A stretch of 64,000 nt of DNA from Bugula neritina (taxonomy: Eukaryota; Animalia; Bryozoa), in contig OZ037767.1 of NCBI GenBank assembly GCA_964035545.1, forward strand, positions 23,886,628-23,950,627, read 5' to 3'. Shown here one piece after another: positions 36,244-50,200 of this stretch. Numbering within the stretch: the stretch's first letter is position 1; every line of letters begins with the position of its first letter. Below the pieces are notes generated by a model. It saw only the letters and a program-made list of their open reading frames with translations, made no database searches and had not been told where the DNA came from. A program made the translations under genes and the position numbers.

Positions 36244-36414
36244 ACACAAGTTTATAGTCACCCTTCCTCTGAGAAACCCCCTGATGGAAGGTGCTCTTTG
36301 TTAAACTGGGCTAAGGACTTCAGATGGGGGCACAGGAGCAATTATGACTGGGTGCTCTTCCTAACATCACCAATGGCCTTTGTTGGGGTTCGAGCCCATG
36401 ACTTCGTGCTTACT
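36244..36414 (-). mobile_element. tRNA-derived SINE, 5'-truncated copy
   Basis: Same body (CACAAGTTTATAGTC...GGCACAGGAGCAATTATGACT...CATCACCAATGGCCTTTGTTGGGG), lacks the A box. Candidate TSD AAAAGCTC at 36236-36243 and 36415-36422. Confidence 0.85.
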
Positions 36415-37099
36415 AAAAGCTCCCAAAAGCTAATTACATGATAGATTGGAACAATATAGCGGCCTTTTTGTTTATTTCTGTAGTCTGAGGCGCTCAGTTT
36501 TTGATACTGCTTTTACTCTGATATTTATCGTGAAAACTGATTATCCATCCCTTATTACAATATGCTTTAACCTATGAATAGCCGTAGTGAGTAACAGGGC
36601 CACGGGCAAAAGGCTGCATCCCAGCCTTAATGAATTCAAAGCCAACTTATACATTCTAATGCGCCTTATACAGTGTGTGTAGTGTTTTCTGCCTCAGTAA
36701 TTCAATGCCTCGTCATACCCAAGTAAACGGCTAGTGATTCAAGCCTGAAAGGCTGAGCCAATGTAATTTATATAGCGCTATACATTTAATATGCCATAGT
36801 GTACTAGAACAAAGCAACATCATTGAAATAGCTAGCTGGCTCAATAATATGTTTGCCATAGGAGTATTGATTAACTGACGTCAACTAGTTAACTAACAGC
36901 TGTTACTTTTTCTCCCTTACATAAATTATATATATGTATTCTGCTTAATATTGTATATAAAAATATGAAAAAACTACATAATTGTAAACAAAAATGTGTA
37001 ATAAATGTTAAGGCAATATATTAAAAGAAAAAATATATTAATTTTTATTATATAAAATTACATTTCAAGGGGGGATGTTTGAAGAGCAAAAGTAAAATG

Positions 37100-37400
37100 C
37101 TTAAAATATTCGCTGGCTCAGACGCCTCACATGGCCATTTTTGTAAAATACCGCGCTTCTGGCTTGTTGGAGAAAAAGAAACCCCAAATTTGTTTTAATC
37201 GGAATTGTCCGTTGATTAACAATCTTTCGCTGTTATGGTTTATTTAATCACTGATATGGATAAGATTTCCCTATGGCCGCACCAGAAAAGTAGAAAAGAG
37301 TTATTTTAAAGACTTTAAGGCAAGAGCGGATTAATCGTGTTCTTCCATCTATCGCCACACTGCTTGCTCTATTAGTTGTATCCATCTCTGATCTGAAGGG
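37100..37400 (+). promoter_or_regulatory. Candidate ARID1 promoter / non-coding first exon
   Basis: Locally CpG-richer island in AT-rich DNA, with a YY1-type GCCATTTT near 37134, ~4 kb upstream of the acceptor at 41195 that precedes the first coding exon. Confidence 0.3.
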
Positions 37401-38882
37401 GCAAACTGTACTATGTAATGATATTACTATAAGTATAAGTATTACAATTACATGCTATAACTTTACTTTACTATGCCTCTAAACTTAACATTTCAACTTG
37501 TTAACCATATTCATATTGATACTCGTTTTGTGCGTTAGATGCTACGGTTACTGGTTAGTAAAAGCGAAGTGAAAGACTAAATTACTATTACTGTTCGTGA
37601 CTGTAAGTGTAAGTCACTAAATGCTGTGCCTGTTGCCGTTGGCTGTTCCTATCGGTATCTGCTCCCTTCAGTTTCATTAATGTGGCACAGACTGTCACTG
37701 TGAGTTGCTGTTAGAACGCAAGTATTTAGAAGACTGCAAGATATTCATATAGTGATATACATGATTATGATATTTTATTTTTAAATTTAGTAATAATTAT
37801 AATTATAATGCTGAGACTAAGAGTAAGGGTAAGTTTCAGTTTTCTAGTATTGCCATTGGACTTGTAGTTGGTAGATTATTCAATTTCATCAATACTAATA
37901 CCAGTAATAGTAATACTTATACTTATACTTATAGTAATACTAATACTAACTAATAAACATACTTATTAATTAGATTCATTTTAACTAAGGTGTAACTGTA
38001 AGGCACCAAGTCCAACACTACCAGTAACACGCATTCTAGTACAGTACTGCTAGTACTAGTAGTAACACTAACTGTAATAGTAATGGTAATACTTGTAAAG
38101 TTATAATTAAACTAATGGTAATACTAATACTAAATGAAAATCTAGAGTAATGGCAATAATGAAATTTAATGTAATAACTAATAAGTAAAACTAAAAGTAA
38201 ATGTAATCAGCAAAGCTACATTATCAATATAAATATGAATAATATTAAAAGTATTACTATTAGTTGTCAAGTTCAACGTTATTCAATAAAATTAGAAATA
38301 AACATACTTGTGAGTTGTGGTATTAGTTTGTAGTAATTTTCTCATGGTTTGTTGGACTTGGACTTATTAATATTAATATTCATATTGTAGTCAAGAGTTA
38401 ATTTTACATTGAATATTATCACAATTGTGATGGTACTGATTGTAGTTCCCTATTTCTAGGTCTAGTGAGTAGTCACTTGCACTGCTCATGCTGCACTATA
38501 ACTATAAAATTAAGTATAGCTATACTATGTCTACTAGTTGTAGTACTAGTGCTATTAGTACTTCTAGTACTACCACTCTACCTTTAGTACTACTTGTGGT
38601 AGTACTACCTGCCTGCTATATACCTGTATATGCTCTAGAATTAAACTTGGGTGTTAGACCCTGACTGGCAGTTAATCATACTGCGTATAAATTAGTTATC
38701 TAGTGGATTTAAAGTTGGGTTGTTAGTTATACTTCTTAACCTTTTCAAACTAGTAAGGTACTATCATTGTCTAACTCAGTAACTCAAATCTATGCTGAAT
38801 ATGTAACTACTGCCAAAATGGACTGAAACTGAATGTAATGCTCATACTGAGTACAACGCACACTCACTAAGTGTTGCAATTA

Positions 38883-38952
38883 GAGTGAGTGAGTGTGTGA
38901 GTGAGTGAGTGAGTGAGTGAGTGAGTGAGTGAGTGAGTGAGTGAGTGAGTGT
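38883..38952. repeat. (GAGT)n microsatellite
   Basis: Direct inspection. Confidence 0.95.
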
Positions 38953-41286
38953 GGCACTGATACTCATACTGAGACTGAGTTTTATCTCTATCATTGATAA
39001 TACTTTTAAGTTTTAAGTCGCTAATCATAATGATACTGGTCATACTTATGCAATGACTGTTAGTTTTAATAACAGGTATACTATTTTCGAAGTTTTACTA
39101 TCTCCAATTTACTGCCCAGACCAATGCTAATACTTTATTTATGTTGTAATAACAAAACTAATATTGAAAACTACTTTGATGACTAAAAATAAATGTAAAT
39201 ATGAATATAAGGGATAAAAGTACATTCACATTTATTTATATTTATAACAAGATTTTGGTTGTACTCAAATATATTTATAGCTATCAAGTTATAATAAGGG
39301 TATCAAAAATGTGTATGATTAAAATTAAATGTCAGTAGTCATATTTATTGATACTATACTTAGTATTAATGTCACATTGCTATCTATTTTAGTTATTATT
39401 TCTCACCTTTTTCCGGGTGGCGGATCTATTTTATTTATTATACTTATGTTAATTTGCAAAATATTAATTGTAAAATAAAACTATGAAATAAAACTAATTC
39501 TAAAAGTTAGTTATCTGAGTGTCATTGATGTGTAAAATTTTTGCTACTACTAACTTAATGGTGACAGCACTTTCACCTGGCAGAGTAACCAACTCGTATA
39601 TTTTTAATTTATATCTAGTTTATGGTTTTCTATAGATTTTATAATCATTTAGACATAGGTGCAGTCAATTGCTAACTATAATGTCCAAATTTGATGTCTA
39701 TTGTCATTATGATTGTTTTTATCTCACATTGTTCTGTTTTAAAGTTTTTAAAAGTTTCCAAGCATAGCCAATGTTTCAAGGAAGTGTAAATAATTAAATT
39801 AAATAAGAAAAATTGTTAATCATGATTAAAATTTATTGCAGTAGTAACTGATTGAGTAATTGTCACATCCAAGTGATGATAATCATATTCGTTGTGGTGC
39901 TGTTAACAAGCCTTGTGGAAATACTTAGGGATAGTTTTCAACTAGCCAAAACTAGAATAAAAGGGTTTTGGCAAAGTGGGTTCAATTATTTTATTCAAAT
40001 TTGAAGTATTATACATAGTATTTAGTAATAAATTTGAAATAAAATTATAAATATATTTTAATTTAATGGCCACAATTATAATAAATGAGTTATATGATTT
40101 TACAACTATTATTGGAAATAAACATAGTTATTACTAAATAATTGAGGTCAAATTGTTTTTGTCAACTACTGAGTTTTGTTAGTTTTATGTATATATAGTG
40201 ACTTTTGCAAATACAAGTTATAATTCTGTTTTAATAGATAATTATTCATTGTAGCTGTTTTTTTATTTCTGCTATTATAAGTAGTATAGTACACACATGG
40301 GTTAATAACTCATTATTATATTATTGTTTTTTATTTAATATTTTATTGGTTAACTTCAACTAGTTTGCAGTAAAAGACTGGCTTTTTACAGTTGGTCAAA
40401 CTGATGGGCTAGTACCCATCTAAGCTTAACTAGGCAGGGGTACCAGTAGGCAACCCATTCTAACTGTAACATTGTACTTATTAGACTTGATAATATATTA
40501 AAATACAATTTTGAATTAAAATAAACTACAAGCTGTTAGCTAGTGTCAGCTGATGGTTGTAATGTTGACCAACAGTATCTCAATAGTATTTTTGAACCTG
40601 TATTTTACAGTCTTCCTAAAATTTATAAGTCGAAAACTATGGTGCTGGCTGGTGCCCAAGTATATTTCAAGAAATTGTAAGATAATAACCTCATATCTTA
40701 ACCAAAAATGGTTTGTTTAGCACTAAAATGTTGAATTTAATATGAATTGCTATATAAAAGCAACATTTGTGTAGCAAACATAAGCTCAACTTAGCAATCT
40801 ACTAAATAAGAATAATCTTAATGTTTCAGATGAAATGTACACGGGCAAAATAAACCGTTGGTTGATACTGTAGAGTACTGTTTATACTGTAGAATGTTTA
40901 TTGCAATATGTGAGACTATAACTACTCTGTGTAATATCTGGTGGGGCATTCATTCTGTGTGCGTTTGTTGACCTTAATCGCTCCTGTCAACCACCTACAA
41001 CTTTCTAATGATAATCTCAAGGGGATCTCTAAAAGTGATATGGTTTTAAATTTCAGAATTCTCACCATATTACTTTTTTCTGGCAAACTATTTGAATGGG
41101 TAACCCAATAATACAGTTTAAAGATGTATCTAGTTATTGCAGTACAGGTGATGTCCTAAATAATGAGAGTGGGACAAGAATTCTTGTGATTACAGGTAGA
41201 TGGAATCTAATACCTGAAGAATAACCCAAATGCTACTCACTGCTGTGGTACCTGAAGATATATCGTACCTTAGTTCTCTTTGAAGA

Positions 41287-44200
41287 ATGGTTATGGAAAC
41301 TAACCAGACTGATGATACCCAAATAAGTTCCGCCAAGTACGCCCAACACGCCTATGATAGTAGCAACACCAAGAAGCCAAATGCCAAATCAGATTCTGTT
41401 CAAAACTCTAAAAACTTTCAGTCGCTTGCCGAAGCCTCTGGGGGGCCGGCTCAGAGACAGTTTGGGCAAGGGTTTGGTGATGGTATGCAGAGACCAGGGA
41501 TATATACAGAGGGAATTATCCCGGGATCTATAGAGCAACCCCACTTCCCTCCGCCAACAACTATGTCAAGTTCTGGTAGCACTCCGGCAGCCAGCACTCC
41601 TACACTGAACCAGCTGCTGACACAGACGCCACTTCCTCCAAAGTATCCTAGCGGTGGTGGGTACAGCGCAGAGTATCCTGGAGGGACAAACCCGCCTCTG
41701 CCTCTGGCAAACAGCTCACCAGCCATGTATGACTCATGGAATGCCTCACAACAGAACTCAGCCAATCCCTCTGTATATGCCAGTAATATGGCAGCTCCAG
41801 GTAGAAGTCCCATGCCGCTACCTAACCGTCCAATGGGGCCCCACAGTATGCAGGTTGGTTGCCTACTGTGTGCTTATATTGCAGCTGCAGATTTACTTGC
41901 ACCAGTTTTACATTAAGTACTTGGCAGTAGGTATGACTAGGTTCAAGATATGAAAAGGTGATTCCTAAGGAATGTACGCACTGTATTACTATAAATATCT
42001 TGTTAATTATTGATACAGTTGATTGTTAACTCTTTTATCTGGCTTCAGGACAGGCAGTCTATTCACCATTATTACCTGTTTGTTTAGTCAGAACTCATAG
42101 AATAATTAATTACTCTGTTATGTTTGAGTGCTCCTTGCAGATGGGTGGTATGTATGACAGGGCCGGTCAGCCAATACACCCACCTTACAGACACCCCAAC
42201 ACACAGTTCTCACACTCACCTGCAGGCCCCAACTACCGCATGATGGGTCACACAGGCTACCCTCCTCAGGGAGCTGGCATGGTTAGTCTCCACCATTTCT
42301 CTACTTAGAATGTTATTATGTAATGATGGTGTTGTTTCTAAACTGAGGGTTCCAAATATTTGAACTGCTGGTGTTAAGTTCAGCCATTTTTATTGCAATG
42401 TTGGGGATAGTTCGTAGACCTATGAGAAAGAAAACTTGCTGTTAGCAAATTTTATGTCTTGGAACTTTGCTTTGCTTATAGGAAGCCAATCAAAGTGGAG
42501 CTGAGAATAGTTTAGAGGTGGCACCAGGGCACCAGAGGTCTAGATCAACCAATATAAGTGAGTTCTGGTGGTCATAGACACCATGTGTGGTCTGTCTAGC
42601 CACTGACTACGCGTAGTGTCTGCATTCCTCACCACTGCCTAGATAAGTGCAAACAGTTGTGAATGGGAAATCTTACACATTGCATTATTTAAGCTCCAGT
42701 TAAGTGCAGTGGTGTCCTTTGCCAAGTACATTGTATGTAAACACTAATAGCAGTGTTATTATATTTATACTTCTACTATGTCACTGGGCTGTGCGACTAA
42801 TAATAGCCTGCAGTGACGTCATGCCAGCTATGAAGTAGCCGATCTGTCTATTCATTGTACATTGATTGCCCTGGGATGACTGAGTGGGGGCTTTCCCAAG
42901 GAATGTGGCATGACCTGCTTTTCTAACTCTTGGGAAACTACAGCTATTTAATCTCTTAATGCTAATCTGCTGAAATATCTACCCTATTATTTAGTGTTTG
43001 TTTTGTGCTTAATAATAGCACAGCAGAGGCACCTCTCTATAGCTGCAGCTCATCCAGTCAGTATATGCTAGTAAACCAGTGGACTATAACTATAGTTTTA
43101 GTTCATTGGTGTAAGCCAGTGGACCCAATGAAGGCAATGATGGTTATTGTGTATTGCAGCACCAGCTGGGAGAATGATGGGTCCTCCTCGTGCCCCTGGT
43201 TCCCACCACATAGACTCACCTAACCTCCAGATGATGCCCCCACCAGCTGCACAAGGTCAAGGTTATTCTAGTATGCATATGTTCGGATCTCATCAGCATT
43301 ATCGGGGCGGTCACATGCCTCCCTACTCCAACTATCCAAATAGCCAGGTGTGTACAGCCAATGTGTGGTGTAGCCAAATTTATTTTGCTGCTAACTCCTA
43401 CACTAAGGGTAGCGATGAACCCCTGTTTCCTTTTTAATAGAATAGCTTTGAATCAGTTGAGTGCTTCTGTAATATTGTGACATAAGGGAATATCGTAATA
43501 TGAGAATGTAATGTTGTAATAGGATAGGCTCCGTATGCACACATAATAAAGTTGTTCATGCTTTCTTTCCAAAGTGTTTAATCAGAGTTGTCTGTTTTAG
43601 GCGGCTTCTCCTCTCAGCAGGGGACAGGCTCAGCCCGGTTTCCCCCAAGGACCAACCAATCAGGTTAATGGACCTCACAAGCCAGTGTCGTCTGCTAACC
43701 AGCCAATCAATCTCCTCTCTCCGGGCAATTCTATAAAGGGCGTGTCTCCTGCTCCCAACCCACAAATGAACTTAGCTTCATCTCCAGCATCCTCAATAGG
43801 CCAGGGAAAGGGGGTGTCGCCCTGTCCCAGCCCCTCTGTTAGGAGCATGCCCCCATCACCATCAACTGCACAACTCAACTCTCCACACCCGGGCATGTCC
43901 CCTCGACCAGAGTCTGTTGCGTCTCCTCGTACAGACATTCAGCAGCAACAGCAGCACCCTCTCTCTACCCACTCAGCCATCTCCAGTCCAGCACAGTCCC
44001 TGGCTAGCTCTGCATCTTCCACTATTCCCGAACAATCTTCTCTTAACAACGGCCAACTTTCCACAGACCAGCAGGCAAACTCGTCAGCAGTTCATCCACC
44101 TCCTCAACAGCAGGTAATGCTGCCACATCATCAACTCCCTCCTCGCATGCCCAACTCAGTAGGCATGCCCCCTGGTGCCCCTGGAACACCGCCTCACCAG

Positions 44201-47200
44201 CCACCTCCAGGAATGGGTGAGTAAACAGTTTATATTTGAGATGTAATTTTTTTCAATATTCAGTCCAACTTTGGTTTCCTTAGTGTCTCAACACCCAATA
44301 ATACAGTCAGTATGCACTAGAAGCTCTCTTATCTCCGTCACCACCAAACTGTCTGTGCAACCACGCTTTGCAGTAACAGCCTTTCTCTGCTATCTGAATT
44401 GCCATCTGGATTCCTAAATTTGTGATTTTGTATAGTTAGAAATGAGAATAGAATTTGGTCTGAAGAGTATTTGTTTTCTTTTGGAAAAATTTTGCATTGA
44501 AAACCAACTCTTTGGGATTTGAATTCTGGAATACAACTCTTAGAATAGTAATGGAAGTCCATTGCTTGAGTTCTTCTAAGCTATATGTTAGCCCTGTGGT
44601 CTAGAAACAATATGACTTGTGTGGTGTTTACATATGACTGTAATACACAGGCTAACTTCACGGAGCTCAACCATGTCATCTATTACATGATCCATGGCTC
44701 TAATGCTTGGAAAGCCAGTAAATGTTCTGCTCCAGATCCTTAATTCCTATTTACTGGTTATATAACTGATATCATACCAGTGCTATATAAATAGTTCCCC
44801 TCACGGAGTTGTTGCTCCCATTGGCTCAATGGTGGCCACTTTCTTCACATGTTGTTGCTATTTATAGCAACTTTAGATGATAGAATGACCGGAGCTATGA
44901 TTTGTATATGTTTAGGTAACGGCATGTCCTCCTATCCCCCACAAAGGATGCCAATGGGTCAGCCATACCCTCACAACAGACCTCCAGTGCCAGGGGCATT
45001 TCCACCACACTCCGCACCATACCCTATAGGACAACAGCCCCCCATGCCCTACCCTCCTCCCAGTTCAAACACATCGTGGCCTCTCCAACAGAAACATTCA
45101 CAGCATTCTTCTGCAGGTTAGTTTAACTCCTCTTACTATACTCTCACTACTCTACTTACTATACTCTATCTACTCTACTTACTATACTCTCTCTACTCTA
45201 CTTACTATACTCTCACTACTCTACTTACTATACTCTACTCTACTTACTATACTCTACTCTACTTACTATACTCTCACTATTCTACTTACTATACTCTCAC
45301 TATTCTACTTACTATACTCTACTCTACTCTCTCTACTCTCTCTACTCTACTTACTATACTCTCACTACTCTACCTACTATACTCTATCTACTCTACTTAC
45401 TCTACTCTCACTACTCTACTCTACTCTACTTACTATACTCTCACTATTCTTCTACTCACTGTACTATGGTGAGTAACTGACTTGGTATTGTAGTAGTAAC
45501 TGACTGAATACTGATAAACTCACCAAGTTGAGAAGTAACTAACAAAGTGAGCCATCATAATACTCTGTAATCTTGAACAAGGTTTGGTTTTACCTGTGAC
45601 TGACTCTACCAAGTCAACCCATCACTAGATAACAGTCTATGTATATTGGGTCACCTAGCATAGCAACACGGTGCTGGTAGTTGTTTATGAACATTGGCAT
45701 AGCAACCATAGAGTTATGGAACTCTGATAAACTTTAGCCATCTGTTAATATTGGTGTTATTTGTAAGAAATTGCAGTATTTGGATGTCGTTTACAAGATC
45801 TCTGTTTCTAAAACATATGGATATATGGATTATAGACTATAGCACTGCTCTGGGCAGTCGCGGCTCTTGTAATCACGAAATATCTTGGATATACTGCTAA
45901 GGCTAAAAGGGCTATAAAATGCTTTCTAAAGTATAATCTGTCTCTACGCTGTTACAGTGGTCGACTGTTGACATTAGCTTAGCCTTTTCAACGGGTAGTT
46001 TGCGGCTGCGATAGCTGTGTTGATATAGCTTGCCATTATGCTGGACTGCATGCACACTAACTACACAAAGTATGGCTTTATTCTATTCAACACTCGAAGC
46101 TGTAGTGCAACTGGGTTGAATACGCCGAGAGCTAATGGCATATCTTGATTGAATACACTGTGCAGGCAATAATAAGCCCTTCATGGGAATGATAAATGCA
46201 CTGGTAGCTTGAATAACAACTGCTCATTTAGCTACCGTAAAACCCCTCGTAGCCGCTCGTACTCGTGGTGACTGGCTACTATTTTGTCTAATATTAACGT
46301 ATTTGTGAGACTTTTTGTCGATTCTAGTAGATGATTTTACTGATATTTACTACTGCTAGATATTTTCATCATTTGATAATACCGTGTCTTCAAATTATGT
46401 CGATGTTTTATGCCACGCTTTGAAACGGGTCAACACTCGAGGAATTACATGGGTATAAATAAGATAAATTGTATGCCCATGATGATAGGCTTGTCACGAT
46501 TGCTGAGGCTTGCGATTATCATGCACAGCTACACTTTATCATCGACTAGCAACTAAGTAGAATATTATAGTTAAACAGAGGGTTGGTTATACAGCGAATA
46601 GCCAGAGTTCAATGAAGCGATTAGCTGGTCACATGAGGCTATGCTTCTATAGATGTAGCAGGCTGTAGTGATTATTGTATAGTCAAGTGTCATCTCTTGG
46701 CCAACTGTCTATCTCGGCATGCCTCATCATCACTCTATCTGTACTAAACACTCCCTTACCTACTCGAAATAGTATGGAAATTTTGCCCTTAATTCTAGAT
46801 TATATTACAACTTGGACTTAGAAGTATAAAGGAGTTAATTTTTCAAACTGAGTTTGAATTGAATAAAACTTTTGGAGCTTATGGTTTACTGTAACTGAGG
46901 CTTAATTCTCCCCAATATTTATACTGCCAGTAGTTTCTTGTTTGACTCATGTCAGCCTAAACTCTAAACCCAGTCACTGTATATTTTGTGTATAATTTCA
47001 TGGACATATTGCAAAGCACTTATTTTTTCTAAACAACTTTTTTGCCTTCTAAAAGTTGAACGTATTTTCTACTCTATGTAGAAATGCTCCCTTTACTACA
47101 TTGATACAGAAATATAGTGTAGTGAGATATTTATATTGTAAATCGATTAGATGTTAGTATTTCCATTGTTATGACTGCACATACAGCCCACAATATGTGA

Positions 47201-50200
47201 ACTCTTTCAACCTGCCAATGATAATAACTTATTTGTGAGTGCAAAAATGGAATTCCCTCAAGTCTTTGTTGCAGTATTGGCAATTCGTTAGTTGCATTTC
47301 TTTAATCTTCTGTAGTGATTTAGCCTTGTTCAGAGTAGTAGTGATTTTGAGTAACACAACTGCTGTCACAGGCCTAAGTTATGTGGGGTGGGGGGGGGGG
47401 GGTTATCGCTTTACTTTTATAGAGTGTTAGTTGTATTGCTCTTCTTTTTCAAATTTACATTCTACAAGGCTACCCGTTTTTGAACACTAACACAATCATT
47501 CTGTGTCCACACATTAAAGTTTATATCATAATCTCTAGAGTTGTCTTCTCTCAAATTTTAAACTGAATTTATTAAAAGTAACCTGATAAATTGGTGCTGA
47601 GGCCAAGTAGTAAAAAATATTTACTTATGGCGCTGGTTGCCTAATAGTCATGTGACCTGTTAATAGTCATGTGACCTCTTAATAGTCATGTTACCTCTCA
47701 ATAGTCATGTGACTTCACAATAGTCATGTGACTTCATAACAACAGACATGTTATGCGATGCTTGTAGGTGGTGCATTTGCTGCCAAGAATGACAAAAACG
47801 CAGTTCCTTCACCTCTTTCCAGTGTTCCATCTCCAGCAGCGGTGGCTTCCCCTCACGGTTCAGAAGGGAGTCGTCGCCCCTCATCTAGAAAATCAGATAG
47901 CGGCGGAAGCAGCAAGAACCAGGTTAGTGCTGCCTACCTGCAACTCTCTAATATTCGCTGACAGGTTGTGGAAACGTTGGGAGTGTGTTTGACTTTTTTC
48001 AAGTTGAGGGTTTATCTTTCCTTCTTGTATAATTTGCACCAATTAAACGTTGCGGTGTAGCAATTGTCTATTTTTTGTCAAATAACTTTTCTTCAAATTT
48101 GTGGGAAATGGCAGTTGAGTCTCACTGCCTATCTCTTGTCATAAAGCCTGAGCACCATGTCTTCCATTCTCTCATCTTTGTAGAAGTCCATAGCAGCCAA
48201 TACAGTCCATGGCACGAATCTGGAGGTATTCAACAAGCAGGTAGACTTGGGCCCAGCAACTGAGAATGCAGTAAGAAGGCAGTTCATGGACCACCTGTGT
48301 GCCTTCTACCTGGAGAACTGTAAGCCTCTTACCAGCATGCCCTGCATAGGCAAGAACCCTCTTGACCTGTACAAAGTATATCACATGGTGAAAGAGAAAG
48401 GTGGTTTCCAGCAGGTTAGTATTTCTCTGTTTCATGATAGGAGGACATAGTATGATGCCTTCCTGTGTTTGACAGCCATGTGATGTTAATTTGGCTGGCA
48501 GATATTTACCAATGAGTACTGTGGCCTCCTTGCACCAAGTTGACATTTGCTTTAACACAAGGGCTGAACTTACCAGCTCTGTTTGCTAGTCCCGTCAATA
48601 CATGCTGAAAGTAAATGACTGCCTATTGATTGTACCTGCAGGTGTGCAAGAAGAAACTGTGGAAACAAGTTGGTACAGCGTCAGCAGCTTCTACAGCTGC
48701 CAATGCTGCTTATACTCTAAAGAAAGCTTACATCAAGTATCTACTTAATTACGAGTGCAAGTTTGACCAGGGAGGAGTGGATCCCCAAGTAGTACTCAAT
48801 TCTGTGGAGACTAAGAAAGAGAGGCAGAACAGGAATGCCCCCTCTCCAGGTTAGCTGTGCTGTTGGCAGCATGCAGGTGTGTCAATGACCTTGCAGCTGT
48901 TGACCTCACCGCCAGCTGCAAGGTCGTTAGATGCCCCCTGTAGAACTGTATAGGCAGTGTGGTGTATGCTATTCTGCTTAGTTTACTTATAGTTGTAATG
49001 GAATTTCACTCTTTCCTGCATTATTTATAAAAACATTATAGTTTTAAGCTTTTCACAAAGTTAGTTGAGTATGTACTACACATACTACACAAACCCATCT
49101 CTGTATTAGAATGCAGAATAACTCTTCCCCCAGTTCATTTGCCTCTGAATCTGGCTTGCAGAATTTTAAACAGCTTGGCAGTAGCTTTAGCAGCTAGTGG
49201 CACTTGATTTGTAAAGCTGTGAGGTTATTATTGCAAAGCTGACTGCTACAGATAAATTGTCAGTCTGTTGGTTTGCTACCACACTCTCAGTTTTCACCAA
49301 CTTGTGTTGTTATTCCATTTCACCTGCTTGACTCATCACTTTCTGCCTTTATCTAGGTTCTTCAGGGAATTCCCAAGATGGACTGATGAGGGGATATCCT
49401 GACTATAACATGGGTCCAGGAGGGCATCTCCCTCCACATCCTGGGCATCCTGCACATCCGGGACACCCAGGTCACCCTGGTCACCCTGGACACATGGGAG
49501 GTGCTCCAATGCGGCCCGGCCAGTACCACGACCCCAACATACCTCCTCATCAACAGCAGGTTAGTGTTGCCTGTAGTTTACTCTAATTAATATAAGGAGT
49601 TGGTTCAGCTCATGCAGACATGTGTCATGTGACAAGAGAGCACCTGCTTGCACAGCAGTGTTACTTGCACATGACAAACCTGAGTCAGTGCTCTGTTGTT
49701 GTCATGTTATATCCCTGTTTGTATTTATTTATCCCAGCACCCTGGTTACATGAACTACAACAGCATGGCTGGCCAGCCACCACCTGGGCCCATGCCAAAT
49801 GGCCACCACGCGATGCCTCCACAACAAATGAACCCTGCAGCTGGTGCAGCAGACGACCAATCACAAATGTCGGCACAACCAGATCCCAATTCGGACCCGT
49901 TTCGTTCTCAACAGATGAACCCTCAGTTTAACAATCAGCAAGGAATGAGGTACTCTTACAGTCAGTCCTCCCTTGATGTCATAGCTTCGATAATTCCTGT
50001 ACCTGTCAGTCATCTTCAGTTTCCACTCTCAAATAGAGTATAATAGTGTGGGACTTATTTTATATATAATGTATGTGTGCGTGTTTTCTCGCTGAGCAGT
50101 TAAGGAATTAGGTGCATTGCATTTATATGTTATCTGTTCCAATTGATTACATAAACCAAGCAGCAACAAATTTGTGTTAAAATGCTGCCGCCATGAGTCC

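Noticed and set aside
36076-36441. 121-aa ORF
   Set aside because: Runs through a SINE copy; no coding signal.
47642-47736. CRISPR-like array
   Set aside because: Head-to-tail repeats with no unique spacers, in a eukaryotic intron, with no cas genes. The same applies to the other minisatellites.
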